Source of the DNA: an uncultured Spirochaetota bacterium
GTDB taxonomy: Bacteria > Spirochaetota > Spirochaetia > SZUA-6 > DRHE01
Assembly (NCBI GenBank): GCA_963745745.1
Contig: CAVUYS010000007.1
Span: forward strand, 29,956-93,955
DNA length: 64,000 nucleotides
Reading direction: 5' to 3'
The stretch's first letter is position 1. Every line of letters begins with the position of its first letter. The notes beneath the pieces are model-generated. The model was not told the origin of the DNA, ran no database searches, and was given only the letters and a program-made list of their open reading frames with translations. The translations under genes were made by a program, and so were the position numbers. Positions 8,489 through 18,858 of the stretch are shown one piece after another.

Positions 8489-9580
8489 ATGGCGCGAAAG
8501 CGGAACACCATCGGCTGCCTGTTCTACGTGGCCCTGGTGCTGTTGGTTCTGGTCATCTTCCTCTTCAATCGGGCGAGGGTCCAGCAGGTCATCGAGAAGA
8601 CCGGCTTCGCGCGGCTTTTCGAAAGGAAACGGGGCTCGCCGGCGGAAGTGGTGGTGGCCCCGCCGGGCGAGCCAGGTCCCGGCGCCGCGGGCCAGCCAGG
8701 GCAATCCCCGGCCGTCGGGCCGGCCTCCCCGCCGGACAGCACGCCGGGCGGCAGCCCGCCTGTCACGGCCCAAAAGCCTTCCTCGGAAGTGGTGGTGGAG
8801 CTGAGCAAGCCGGCCGCACCGGCGGCGACAGCCCGCAACGGCGGTGCCTCCGGTTCCCCCGAGGTCCCACCGAAGCCCGCCCGCAGCCAGGATCAGACCC
8901 GCACCCGGCAGGCGCGCCTTTTCTTCATCGCCGTGAAGCCGGACGGCGGGATCCAGCTGAAGAGCGTGATCCGGCCGGTGAAGTACACGGACGCCCCCCT
9001 CACCTCCACCCTCGAGGCGCTGCTGGCCGGGCCCACCCCCGCGGAGGTGAACCAGGGGCTGATGAGCCTGGTCGCCCCGGAGGCCCGCTTGCGACGGGCC
9101 CAGGTGAAGGACGGCACCGCCTACCTGGATTTCAGCGAGGCCTTCCGCTTCAACTCGCTGGGCAAGGAGGGCCTGTCCGCCCAGCTCCAGCAGGTGGTGT
9201 ACTCGGCCACGGAGTTCTCGACGGTGAAGCGGGTGCAGATCCTCCTGGAGGGCAAGACCGCCGACTACCTGGGCCCCGAGGGCCTCTACATCGGCAAGCC
9301 CCTCTCCAGGGCAGTCATTCCAGCGGTAGTCGTCCTCCAGGTCCGCCGCAGGGCGGCTTCCGTGGACAGCCAGAAGAAGTACTCCCGGTTGCCCCGGGCC
9401 CCCGCCGGCGCAGCCTCGGCCACCCTCTGCACGAACACGCCTTCCTCGCCCAGGTCCCGGGCCAGGTCGAGCAGCACGCGCCGGCGCACCTGCGGATCGC
9501 GCACGACGCCCCGGAAGTCCTCCCCGGGTGAGCGCCACTCGAACTGCGGTTTCACCAGGGCCACCAGCCAGCGTTGGTGA
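8489..9580 (+). CDS. membrane-anchored GerMN-domain protein; 3' ~250 nt of the ORF probably not genuine
   Basis: ATG 8489: MARKRNTIGCLFYVALVLLVLVIFLF (TM), a Pro/Gly/Ala linker, then RLFFIAVKPDGGIQLKSVIRPV...LLAGPTPAEVNQGL...YLDFSEAF...VYSATEFSTVKRVQILLEGK (GerMN-like). After ...YIGKPLSR (about 9312) the frame is antisense to tlyA and reads as junk, so the native stop is probably lost. Confidence 0.7.
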   Translation: MARKRNTIGCLFYVALVLLVLVIFLFNRARVQQVIEKTGFARLFERKRGSPAEVVVAPPGEPGPGAAGQPGQSPAVGPASPPDSTPGGSPPVTAQKPSSEVVVELSKPAAPAATARNGGASGSPEVPPKPARSQDQTRTRQARLFFIAVKPDGGIQLKSVIRPVKYTDAPLTSTLEALLAGPTPAEVNQGLMSLVAPEARLRRAQVKDGTAYLDFSEAFRFNSLGKEGLSAQLQQVVYSATEFSTVKRVQILLEGKTADYLGPEGLYIGKPLSRAVIPAVVVLQVRRRAASVDSQKKYSRLPRAPAGAASATLCTNTPSSPRSRARSSSTRRRTCGSRTTPRKSSPGERHSNCGFTRATSQRW

Positions 9581-10077
9581 GTGAGCGCGAGCAGGTGCGC
9601 GGCGGCTCCGCGCAGGGAGCGAAAGGACAGGTCGGCCACGGCGCCGTCCGGAAGCCCCGGCAGTTTGTCCGGGGCGAGCGACAGGATGTTGGTGCGCTCC
9701 AGCAGGGTCACCCGCGGGTCGCGGCGCAGCCGCTAGTCCAGCTGCCCGTAGCCCACGTCCACCGCGATCACCCTCGAGGCGCCGCGCTCGAGCAGGCAGT
9801 CGGTGAAGCCTCCGGTGGAGCAGCCCGCGTCCAGCAGGCACAGGCCCTCCACCGACGGGCCGTGCGCCGCCAGCGCGCCGTCCAGCTTCAGGCCCCCCCG
9901 GGAGGCGAAGCGGCGCCGCTCCAGGCTCACCTCGGCCGCGTCGGCCGGGAAACGCGGATCGCGGACACGGGCCCCGTCCACCCGCACCTCCCCGCACAGG
10001 ATGCGGGCCAGGAGCTGCTCCCGGTCGCTTCCCGGCTCAAGCTCGCGGAGCACCTCCAGGAGGGGCCGCTTCTTCAT
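9286..10077 (-). pseudogene. tlyA: TlyA-family rRNA 2'-O-methyltransferase / hemolysin A, interrupted by in-frame TAG at 9733-9735
   Basis: MKKRPLLEVLRE... S4-like N-terminus. LLDAGCSTGGFTDCLLERGA, VIAVDVGYGQLD[TAG]RLRRDPRVTLLERTN, LVKPQFE, GNREYF. ATGA overlap with the ymdB stop at 10074-10077. Confidence 0.85.
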
Positions 10078-10864
10078 GCGTCCTGGGCGATCCTTTGGAT
10101 GGAGAGGGCCTTGCCGTCGGCCGGGTTGACCTCGACCAGCACGCCCATGATCGCCCCGTCGGAGTTCTCCACTTCCATCTTGATGGGGATCTGGGTGAGG
10201 CTGCGGCGGATGGAGATCTCGCGCTTCATGCCGATCACCCCCAGCTTCGGGCCGGTCATGCCCACATCGCCGATGTAGGCCGTGCCCCCGGGCAGGATCC
10301 GTTCGTCGGCGGTCTGCACGTGGGTGTGGGTGCCCAGCACCGCGCTCACCGTGCCGTCCAGGTGCAGGGCCAGGGCTTCCTTCTCTTCGGGGCTTTCCGC
10401 GTGGAAGTCCACTATGATGACCTTGGCCCGCGCGCGCAGCTTCCTGGCCAGCTCGGCCCCCACGGCGAAGGGACAGCGGATGCTGGGCAGGTGCTGGAGG
10501 CCCTGGAGGTTGATCACCGCCACGCTCACCTCGCGCCTGCTCAACACCAGCTGCCCCTTGCCGGGCACGCCCAGCGGGGTAGTTTTCCGGGCGCAGGATG
10601 CGGCCGTCGGTCTCCAGCAGGTCGAGGATCTCCCGCTTCTGCCAGATGTGGTTGCCCGAGGTGATGACGTCCACCCCGCTCTTGAACAAGCGAGCCGGCG
10701 ATCTCGGGGGTCAGGCCCAGGCCGTCGGCCGCGTTCTCCCCGTTGGCGATCACCAGGTCGGCGCCGGGTCCGCTTCACCAGCACCGGCAGGCCCATGAAC
10801 AGGGCCCGGCAGCCCGGCGAGCCCACCACGTCGCCCGATGACCAGGATGCGGAAGCTGTCTCAT
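10074..10864 (-). pseudogene. ymdB: YmdB-type (TIGR00282-like) metallophosphoesterase, at least 4 frame breaks in the first ~300 nt
   Basis: Pieces lie in three frames: MRQL(R)ILVIGDVVGSPGCRALFMGLPVLVKR / IANGENAADGLGLTPEIAGSL / FKSGVDVITSGNHIWQKREILDLLETDGRILRPENYPAG / VPGKGQLVL...IIVDFHAESPEEK...VLGTHTHVQTADERILPGGTAYIGDVGMTG. Sits directly after rny, as in Bacillus. Confidence 0.85.
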
Positions 10865-10866
10865 GG

Positions 10867-12408
10867 TCAGCGGGCGTACTCCACGATCCGCATCTCGCGG
10901 ATGATCGTCACCTTGATGCGGCCGGGGTACTTCAGCTCGCCCTCGATGCTTCTTGGCGATGCTCTTGGCCAGCTCCTTGGCCGCCTTCGTCGTCCACCTC
11001 GTCGTTGTTGACCAGGATGCGCAGCTCGCGCCCGGCCTGGATGGCGTAGGCCTTGTCCACGCCCGTCGAAGCTCCTCGGCGATCTTCTCCAGGTTCTCCA
11101 GCCGCTTGAGGTAGTTGTCCAGGGTCTCCTGGCGCGCGCCGGGGCGCGAGGCGGAGATGGCGTCGGCGATCTGCACGATCGATGGCCTCCAGGCTGGCTC
11201 GGCTCCACGTCGTTGTGGTGCGCCGCCGATGGCGTTCACCACCCGCGGGTCCTCGCCGATCTTGCGGGCCAGCTCCATGCCCATCTCGACGTGGTTGCCT
11301 TCGCCGTCGGACTCCACTCCCTTGCCGATGTCGTGCAGCAGCGCCGCCCGCTTGGCCATCTCCACGCTCCGCGCCGACCTCCGCGGCGAGCAGCGCCGGC
11401 GATGAGGGCCACCTCCTTGGAGTGGTCCAGCACGTTCTGGCCGTAGCTGGTGCGGTAGTGCAGCCGGCCCAGGGCCCGGATGCCTTCGGGGCTCATGTTG
11501 TGGATGCCCAGCTCGAAGAGCACCTTCTCGCCCTCCTCGTAGATCGTCTGGCTGATCTCCTTGGTGACCTTCTGGACGATCTCCTCGATGCGGGCGGGGT
11601 GGATGCGGCCGTCGGAGATCAGGCGTTCCAGGGACACCCGGGCGATCTCCTTGCGGATCGGGTCGAAGCAGGAGATGACCACCGCCTCCGGCGTGTCGTC
11701 GATGATGACGTCCACGCCGGTCAGGGTCTCCAGGGTGCGGATGTTGCGGCCTTCGCGGCCGATGATCCGTCCCTTCATCTCGTCGTTGGGCAGGCTCACC
11801 GTGGAAACCGTGACCTCCGAGCTCACGTCGGTGGCGATGCGCTGGATCGTGGTCACGACGATGTCCCGGGCCTTGCTGTCCGCGGTGACCTGGGCCTCCT
11901 GCTCGATGAGGTTGATCTTGACCTGGGCTTCGTGCAGGGCCTCGTTCTCCAGGCTCTGGATCAGCAGGCGCTTGGCGTCCTCGGCCGAAAGGCCGGAGAT
12001 GCGCTCCAGCTCCTTGACCCATTTCTCCTGCTCCAGGGAAAGGGCTCCTTCCCTTTCGGCCAGCGATTTCTCCCGGTTGGCCATGGCCCGATCCTGGTTT
12101 TCCAGATACTCCTGACGCTTTTCGAAATTCTCTTCTTTTTGGATCAGCCGGCGCTCCATGCGCTGCAGCTCGATCCGGCGCTCTCGCGTTTCCCGTTCTA
12201 GTTGGTTTCGCTCCCGTATCTGCCGGTCCTTGACTTCCAGCAGAGCCTCTTTTTTCTTCGCTTCCGCTTCTTTCAGCGCTTCCTGGATGACTCTTTCAGC
12301 TTTTTGCTCCGTTGAGGATAGTTGGAACCTGGCATATAGCCAGCGGATGAACCAGCCTAGAAAAAAAGCCGCGAGAGGAATAATGACGAACAGGGCTATG
12401 TTGCGCAT
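10867..12408 (-). pseudogene. rny: ribonuclease Y, several frame breaks in the 3' half
   Basis: ORF 11236..12408 holds the N-terminal TM, coiled coil and KH ([15 protein letters not shown]). HD domain (ALLHDIGK) and C-terminus (IEGELKYPGRIKVTIIREMRIVEYAR) lie in other frames (ORFs 10775..12022 and 10867..11208). Confidence 0.9.
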
Positions 12409-12438
12409 TATATTCCTCCGACATAAGCTTTCGCTAGG

Positions 12439-12468
12439 AATTTACCTTTTTTATCGCGTTCGTGTCAA
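12439..12468 (-). promoter_or_regulatory. sigma70-like promoter for rny
   Basis: Minus strand TTGACA (12468-12463), 18 nt, TAAATT (12444-12439), in the only AT-rich stretch of the 130-bp spacer. GGAGGA SD precedes ATG 12408. Confidence 0.55.
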
Positions 12469-12538
12469 GAAATGGACGGAAGAGGATTTGGCGCTTAAAG
12501 CATCAATGTGATATTATCGCTAATTCCACATTCGAAGC

Positions 12539-15500
12539 TCAGCCTGCGTAGATTTCCAGCGCCTGGATGACATCCTTCAGCTCCAGCGGTCGCTTCGTGG
12601 CCAGACCGAGGAACAGCACGGCTTCCGTTTTCTGGTAGATCGCCGGCAGGAACAGCGCCATCTGCATGTATTTCAGGTCCTCCGGGTTGAAGCGGGCCGC
12701 CAGGCTGGGGATGGCCTGGGGTCGCTCGTGCAGCAGCACTGCCTGCCTCTGGCCGAGGAAACGATCGTAGAAGGCCTCGCCCGCGGAAAACAGGATCCGC
12801 GCCGGCTTCTCCAACAGCCCGATGCGCAGCCTGGACACGTAGGCGTCACCGGTTTTGACCAGCAGCGCGGCGTTCACCGCCTTGAGTTTCCGCGAGATCT
12901 CCACCAGGGATTTCAGGTGGCCGGTTTCACTGGACCCCACCCGGAACTGCGTGAGGAACTGGTCATAGTCCAGGCCGTTGGCGAAATTGATCCTCTTGGC
13001 CTGCCGCAATTCGGCGTAACTGAGGAACCTGCCGCGAACGGCCGGGGAGCGCAGCTCGTCGGAAAGGTCCACTCCGGAACCGGTGCCCAGCAGGGCGCTG
13101 ATCCCGGATTCCTCTTCTCCGCCCGTGCTCAGGGCGGCTTCCGCCAGGGCCATCAGGCCGCGGCCGGTCGCGGCGGCGGCGGACCCCCTGGCCAGCCGCA
13201 CCTCCTCCTTGACCCGGTAGACCCCGTTCTCCATGACCACGCTCGTGCGCAGCTCCTGGATCTGGGCCTCCAGCTCCGCCAGGGAATACGCCCGCAGCGC
13301 GCCCTGGCTCAGCAGGCGTTCCAGCTGGGCCAGCTCGTCGGCCGGCTGGCGCGCGGCCGCCACCTCCTCGATTTCCAGCTCCGCCGGCGACTCCAGCAGC
13401 TCCTGGATCGTGCGCGGTTCCGCCTCCGCATTTTCCAGCTCGGCTTCCGGTGCCTCCTGCAGGGCTTCCTCCGCCGTCTCCCCCGGCTCTTCGACTACTT
13501 CTTCCAGTACTTCCAGGTTCTCCAGCTCAGCGGGCAGCTCCGCCGCGGCCTGCGGCCGAGCGGCCGGCGCGGCCGGTGCCGCTTCCTCAACCTCCGGCAA
13601 TTCCTCCAGCTTCTCCTGCGGCTCCGGAGGCAGGACCACGATATCGCCGACGATTTCCAGCTCTTCCAAGGCCGGCTCGACCGCAGTTGCCTTCTCCGCG
13701 GCGGGCTCGGCCTCGAACTCCGCAAGCGCGGGTCCTTCCGCTGCGGCGGCAGGCGCCTCTACTTCCTCGAAAATTTCCTCGACGATCTCTTCAGCTGGAG
13801 GAGCGGGTTCACCCCCGATTGCAGCCGCAACAGCGGGCTCGTGCCCAGCCTCCCCGAGCGCCTCGGCCTCCTCGACCGCCGCCGCAGTAGCGGGCTGGCG
13901 CCCGGCTTCCTCGACTGCCTCGGCCTCCTCGAGCGCCTCGACTTCCTCGGCCGGTTCGGCCTCCTCGACCGCCGCCGCAGTAGCGGGCTGGCGCCCGGCT
14001 TCCTCGACTCGCCTCGGCCTCCTCGACCGCCTCGGCCTCCTCGACCGCCTCGGCTTCCTCCACCGCCTCGGCTTCCTCGACCGCCTCGGCCTCCTCCACC
14101 GCTTGATCAGTCGCGGGCGCCGCGAGAGCAGGTTGGCGCGCGGCTTCGGGCTCGGCTTCGGTGAGCTCGGAAACCTCCTCCACTCCGATCTCTTCGACCA
14201 CCAGGTCTTCGCGACGCGGGGCCGGGGCCGGTTTCCGGACTTGAGTTTCCGCGGGCAGGGTCGGAGGCGCCGCCGGCAGCGTCCCGGCTACGGTGATCCG
14301 CCCCCGATTCAGCGCGTTCTGGATCATCTCCTCGATCTGGCTGATGGCCACCTTTTCCTGGCCGTGCGTCTGGATGCGGGCCTCGATGATCCCGATGATC
14401 TCGTCCCAGCCGCGGTCGATCAGCTCGTCCATCGCGGCCTGCTTGCCGGCGGGAATACGCCCGAGCCCCTTCATGAACTTGGACCGCAGCTGGGGCCGGT
14501 TGGCAGTGAGCTGCTCCCTCCAGCGTTTCCAGTCCAGCCGTTCCTTGCCGTCCAGGAGGTCCGACAGGACGTCCAGCTGGAAGCGCTTGATGCGCCGGGC
14601 CTGCACAACCAGCGGATCCTGGCGGATGTTGAAAACCAGGAAAACCACCAGGAACACCGTGAGCAGGAGCGCCGCCAGCAGGATGATCTTCAGGAGGGGC
14701 TGCAGCTCGATCGCGGAATAGGGCACCAGCCAGCCGACCAACCCGTAGCGGCCGGCCGGGCGGCTCAACAGCAGGTACCGGCTGGAGCCTGCCGGGCCCT
14801 CGAACTGCAGGGTGTCGAAACCCTCGGCGGGCCGGGGCCGGGAGGCCCAGGAAGCGGCCACGCCGGAGGCCAGCAGCTGCCTGGAGGTGTCCGGGAAATT
14901 GACCAGCACCCCGCGCCGGTCCACCAGCAGCACCCCGCGCGCGGCCGATCCGGGCTCGCGGGACAGGGCGGCCTGCAGGTCGGCCGCGGCCAGAAAAACA
15001 GCGCCGTGCCGCGCTGCAACCCCCGCGCATCGCTCACCGGCAGGGAGTAGACCAGGCGCCCTCCGCCTGCGTCCAGCAAGAGGCGCGACTCCTCCCCGCC
15101 CGGGCGACCAGCGGGGCCCCCTTCAAAGCGGGTTCGGACTTGGAGAAATCCAGGTAGGTCACCGACTTCCGGTCGGCGCTGAAGGTGGAGTCCTGGGCGA
15201 AAGTGCTGAAGTGGACCCTCTCCCCGTCCGGGTCCAGGAAGCGGACGCCCAGAAGGTTGGGATACTCCTCCAGCAGCCGGCCGAAGAGGTTCCCGCGGTT
15301 GAAGATGTCCTCGCGACTCTGCTGTCCGGTGGAGGAAAACGCCCCGGCGATATACGGCTCCCGCAGCACCGCGCGGAAGCGCTCCGCGTTCCGCTCGTGG
15401 TAGCGCTGCACGGCGCCGGCCGCCGCTTCCAGGGCCTCACCGCGCTCCCTCAGGACCTGCGGCTGAAAAAAGGAGGCCTGCAGGTAGTCGAACAGCCCGC

Positions 15501-15579
15501 GGAAGGCCAACACGGAGAATGCGGCGAATACCACCAGCGCGATGAGTAGCGAAAGGCTGATTTTCAGACTCTGCCGCAT
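12539..15579 (-). pseudogene. large two-TM sensor-like membrane protein with acidic repeat linker and GAF-like C-terminal domain (about 1000 aa; 3 frame breaks)
   Basis: ORFs 15034..15579, 14765..15079, 13809..14933 and 12539..13669 join into one product. Order: MRQSLKISLSLLIALVVFAAFSVLAF (TM1), ~280-aa extracytoplasmic region, LLKIILLAALLLTVFLVVFLVF (TM2), a helical region, (AVEEAE)n / E,A,P-rich ~300 aa, then a C-terminal globular domain (...KAVNAALLVKTGDAYVSRLRIGLL...ALFLPAIYQKTEAVLFLGL). Breaks at about 15090, 15000 and 14010. Confidence 0.7.
13861..14100. repeat. coding tandem repeats: 93-bp duplication plus five 18-bp units
   Basis: CTCGACCGCCGCCGCAGTAGCGGGCTGGCGCCCGGCTTCCTCGAC occurs at 13871 and 13964 (93-nt offset). 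GCCTCGGC(C/T)TCCTC(G/C)ACC x5 spans 14011-14100 and encodes (AVEEAE)n on the minus strand. The second 93-bp copy carries an extra C at about 14010 that shifts the frame. Confidence 0.85.
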
Positions 15580-15605
15580 GCCGGAGTTCGCGTCCTTATA
15601 CTATT

Positions 15606-15635
15606 ATTATATATCGGCCCGCGGGATGCTCCCAA
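15606..15635 (-). promoter_or_regulatory. sigma70-like promoter for the large membrane protein gene
   Basis: Minus strand TTGGGA (15635-15630), 18 nt, TATAAT (15611-15606), inside the AT-rich GATATATAATAATAGTATAAGG island between 15580 and 15652. Confidence 0.5.
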
Positions 15636-15652
15636 TAGCGGGAAATCCCGAT

Positions 15653-16291
15653 TTACAGGAAAAGGATCCCATAACTGGCCGCCAGCAGGCCGCCCAACAC
15701 GGCCGCCGCCGGAAAGCGGCTGCGGGCAGCGACCCGGGCCGCCGGAGCCGGCGCAGCGGCCCGGCTTCGGCGCGCCGGGGACTGCGCCCACAGCTTCTCC
15801 AGCACCCCGTCCAGGGACTCGGTCAGCCTGGAAAAGGAGAGGGTCCGGCGCAGCTCCAGAAGCCGGTTCAGGTAGAAGAGGGTCCGGGCCACGTACCTGC
15901 CGACAGCTCCCGGCAGGCGCAGGTCCGGCCGGACGCTGAACCGGGAAAGATAAACCAGGCCCACCAGGGTCAGCCCCTTGGCCAGACCCCCTTCCAGCGC
16001 CCCCTGGGTGATGCTCCAGGGGCCCAGCCTCCAGAGCACCCTGCCCAGCGGCACGGCCAGGTTCACCGCCACGGTGACCGCCAGGAAGATCAGGGAGGCC
16101 AGCCCCGCCCGCCGCCAGCCGCGGGGGCGCGCCCAGGCGGCCAGGGCGAAGAACAGCAGCGCCTGCGCCGCTTTCCAGGCCAGGTGGGTCTGCAGCCACA
16201 AGGAGGGCGCCAGCGCCAGGCCGAAGAAGAATAAAAAAGAGGGCGACACCTCCTTCAGGATCCAGGCGTCCCCCTCTCCACGCGCGGCCAT
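15653..16291 (-). CDS. polytopic membrane protein, weakly CbiQ/EcfT-like
   Basis: 212-aa ORF with 4-5 hydrophobic segments. LGPWSITQGALEGGLAKGLTLVGLVYLSRF resembles the EcfT/CbiQ core from memory. Position right after rplQ echoes the Firmicute rplQ-ecfA-ecfA-ecfT arrangement, but no ATPase genes are present. Confidence 0.4.
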   Translation of the reverse strand: MAARGEGDAWILKEVSPSFLFFFGLALAPSLWLQTHLAWKAAQALLFFALAAWARPRGWRRAGLASLIFLAVTVAVNLAVPLGRVLWRLGPWSITQGALEGGLAKGLTLVGLVYLSRFSVRPDLRLPGAVGRYVARTLFYLNRLLELRRTLSFSRLTESLDGVLEKLWAQSPARRSRAAAPAPAARVAARSRFPAAAVLGGLLAASYGILFL

Positions 16292-16296
16292 CCGGG

Positions 16297-16713
16297 TCAG
16301 GCCTGCTTGGCTTCCTGCTTGACCTCTTCCTTCTTCTTCCTGCGCGGCGCGCGTTCCTTGCGCTCCACCAGCTCCAGCAGCACCATCTCGCTGGCGTCCC
16401 CGTAGCGGGCCCCCAGCTTGAGGATGCGCGTGTAGCCGCCCGGCCGGGTGGCGAAGCGCGGAGCGATGTCGGTGAACAGCTTGGCCAGCACCGCCTTGTC
16501 CTGGATGCTGCGGGCGATCAGGCGGCGGTTGGCCACCGAGTCCTTCCTGGCCCTGGTGATCATCCGTTCGACGACACGGCGCATTTCCTTGGCCTTGACC
16601 TCGGTGGTCCGGATGCGCTCGTACTTGAACAATGCGGTGGCCATGGCCTTGTAAAGGGCCAGGCGGTGGCTGCGGTTGCGCCCGAGCCTTTTGAATCCCA
16701 TCCTATGCTTCAT
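16297..16713 (-). CDS. rplQ: 50S ribosomal protein L17
   Basis: [43 protein letters not shown]... Follows rpoA. Confidence 0.95.
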   Translation of the reverse strand: MKHRMGFKRLGRNRSHRLALYKAMATALFKYERIRTTEVKAKEMRRVVERMITRARKDSVANRRLIARSIQDKAVLAKLFTDIAPRFATRPGGYTRILKLGARYGDASEMVLLELVERKERAPRRKKKEEVKQEAKQA

Positions 16714-17790
16714 CGTCGGCTTCCTCTTCCTTGGGTGCGCTGGCGCTGGGCTCCTTCTTCACTTCCAGGCTGGCCAGCTTGCGCAGCACGCTGTAGTCCT
16801 TCATGCCCAGGCTCAGGCCCCGTTCCTGCAGCTTGTCCTTGATTTCCTGCAGCGACTTCTTGCCGAAGTTGCGGGTCTTGGCGATCTCGTCCTCGGTGCG
16901 CCGGGTCAGGTCCCCGATGGTCCGGATGTTGGCGTTGCGCAGGCAGTTGGAGGAGCGCACCGAGAGCTCCAGCTCCTCCACCGGGGTGTCCAGCAGGGCG
17001 CGCACGCGCTCGTCCTCCTCGTCCACCGCCTCCTCGTCGGCCGCCGCCTCCTCGTCGAAGTTGATGAAGATCGAGAGGTGGTCCTTGGCGATCTTGGCCG
17101 CCTCGGCCAGCGCGTCCTCCGGGCGGATCGTGCCGTCGGTCCAGATCTCCAGGATCAGCTTGTCGTAGTCGGTGCGCTGGCCCGACCCGGGTGTTTTCCA
17201 CCGAGTACCGGACCTTGGTGACCGGCGAGAAGATCGCGTCCACCGGGATGGTGCCGATGACCTCGATGTACTTCTCGCTGCGCTCCGCGGGCACGTAGCC
17301 CCGGCCCAGGTCGATCTGGATCTCGAACTCGAGATTGGCCTTCTCCATCAGGGTGGCGATCTCCAGGTCCTTGTTCATCACCTGGATGGTGTCGTCGACT
17401 TCGAGGTCCTTGGCGGTGAGCTTCCGGGGCCCTTGATCTCCACCAGGATGACCTTCTCTTCCTCGCCCCCGGGCAGCGCCAGCTTGACCTGCTTCAGGTT
17501 GTTGATGATGTCCGGGGTGTCCTCGACGACCTCCGGGTATGGCCTCGAACTCGCTGGTGATGACCTTGCGGAGAGCCGTCCGCGCCGTAGCTGGTCACCC
17601 GGACGCCGGTGATGGCGTAGCCCTGGATCGAAGACAGCAGGATCCTCCGCAGGGTGTTGCCGATGGTCACCCCGTAGCCGCGCTCGAACGGGTAGGCCAC
17701 GAAGCGGCCGAAGTTCGGGGCCGCCTCGCTGTGCTCGAAGGTGATGCCTTTCGGTCTCTTGAACCCCTTGAGAAGATTTCTCCTGGCCAT
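16703..17790 (-). pseudogene. rpoA: DNA-directed RNA polymerase subunit alpha, several frame breaks
   Basis: [20 protein letters not shown]...[24 protein letters not shown] (ORF 17494..17796). [13 protein letters not shown] (17378..18154 frame). [28 protein letters not shown] (16710..17381). C-terminal domain [23 protein letters not shown] (16703..17026). AGGAG SD lies 5 nt before ATG 17790. Confidence 0.9.
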
Positions 17791-17799
17791 GGCCACTCC

Positions 17800-18441
17800 T
17801 TACTTCGAGTAAAGCTCGACGATCAGCTGCTCGTTGATGTCCGCCAGGTCGGGGATGTCGCTCCGCCGCGGAATTGCCCGCACCTTGCCCCACAGCCGGT
17901 CCGGGTCCACCTCCAGCCAGGGCGACGACCCCGGAGCGGGAGTATTCCTTGAGGCTGTCCTTGATGGACACGATCTTCTTGGCCTGCTCCTGGACGTCGA
18001 TCTCATCGCCCTCCGCACCAGGTAGGAGGGGATGCCCACCTTGCGGCCGTTCACCCGGATGTGCCCGTGCAGCACGAGCTGCCGGGCGGCCTTGCGGGAC
18101 GGGGCGAAGTGCATGCGGTAGACCATGTTGTCCAGCCGCCGCTCCAGCGATCACGATCAGGTTCTCGCCCGGTGACCCCCTTCAGGCGCTGGGCCCGGTC
18201 GAAGAAGAGCTGGAACTGCGCCTCCAGCATGCCGTACATGCCTCTTCAGCTTCTGCTTCTCGCGCAGCTGCACGGCGTAGTCGGACGCCTTCTTGTTCGC
18301 TGGCCCGCAGCCCCTCGCCCGGCTTGCCGCGCCGTCTTCGGTGATCGGGCACTTGTCGCTCTTGCAGCGGTCGCCCTTCAGGAAGAGCTTGACCTCTTCC
18401 TGCCTGCAAAGCCGGCACTGCGGTCCGATATTCCTCGCCAT
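17800..18441 (-). pseudogene. rpsD: 30S ribosomal protein S4 (Zn-finger type N-terminus), several frame breaks
   Basis: [33 protein letters not shown] (18157..18441). [23 protein letters not shown] (18051..18239). [29 protein letters not shown]...[12 protein letters not shown] (17800..18126). Confidence 0.9.
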
Positions 18442-18453
18442 CGAATCCCTCCG

Positions 18454-18834
18454 CTAGACTCTGCGCTTCTTCTGCGGCCGGCAGCCGTTGTGCGGGATCG
18501 GGGTCACGTCCTTGATGGACCGCACCCGGATGCCCAGCACGCCGAGCGCGCGGATGGCCGATTCGCCGCCGACGCCGGGCCCCTTGACGAACACGTGCGA
18601 CCTCGCGCAGGCCCTGCTCCTTGGCCTTGCGGGCCGCCGACTCCGCGGTGGACTGGGCGGCGAAGGGGGTGGACTTCTTGGCCCCCTTGAAGCCCAGGCC
18701 GCCGGCCGACGCCCAGGAGATGGCATTGCCCATCCAGGTCGGTGATCGGTGACGATCGTGTTGTTGAAGGTCGCCTGGATGTAGACGTTCCCTTCGGCGA
18801 CATTCTTCTTCTTTTCCTTCTTGGCCTTGGCCAT
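18454..18834 (-). pseudogene. rpsK: 30S ribosomal protein S11, middle third out of frame
   Basis: N-terminus [29 protein letters not shown] and C-terminus [47 protein letters not shown] share one frame. The central [44 protein letters not shown] lies in the frame of ORF 18182..19366. Confidence 0.9.
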
Positions 18835-18858
18835 TCGCTGCTGCTCTCCTCACTCGCC

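Noticed and set aside
9733-9735. TAG reassignment (e.g. to Trp or pyrrolysine) suggested by the in-frame TAG in tlyA
   Set aside because: There is only one instance. TAG serves as the normal terminator of rpmG, rpmJ and tlyA in the same window. No pyl genes or PYLIS-like context were seen.
13861-14100. CRISPR-like appearance of regularly spaced 18-bp GC-rich repeats
   Set aside because: The units are directly adjacent with no spacers. They are in frame with flanking coding sequence and encode (AVEEAE)n. No cas genes or leader are present.
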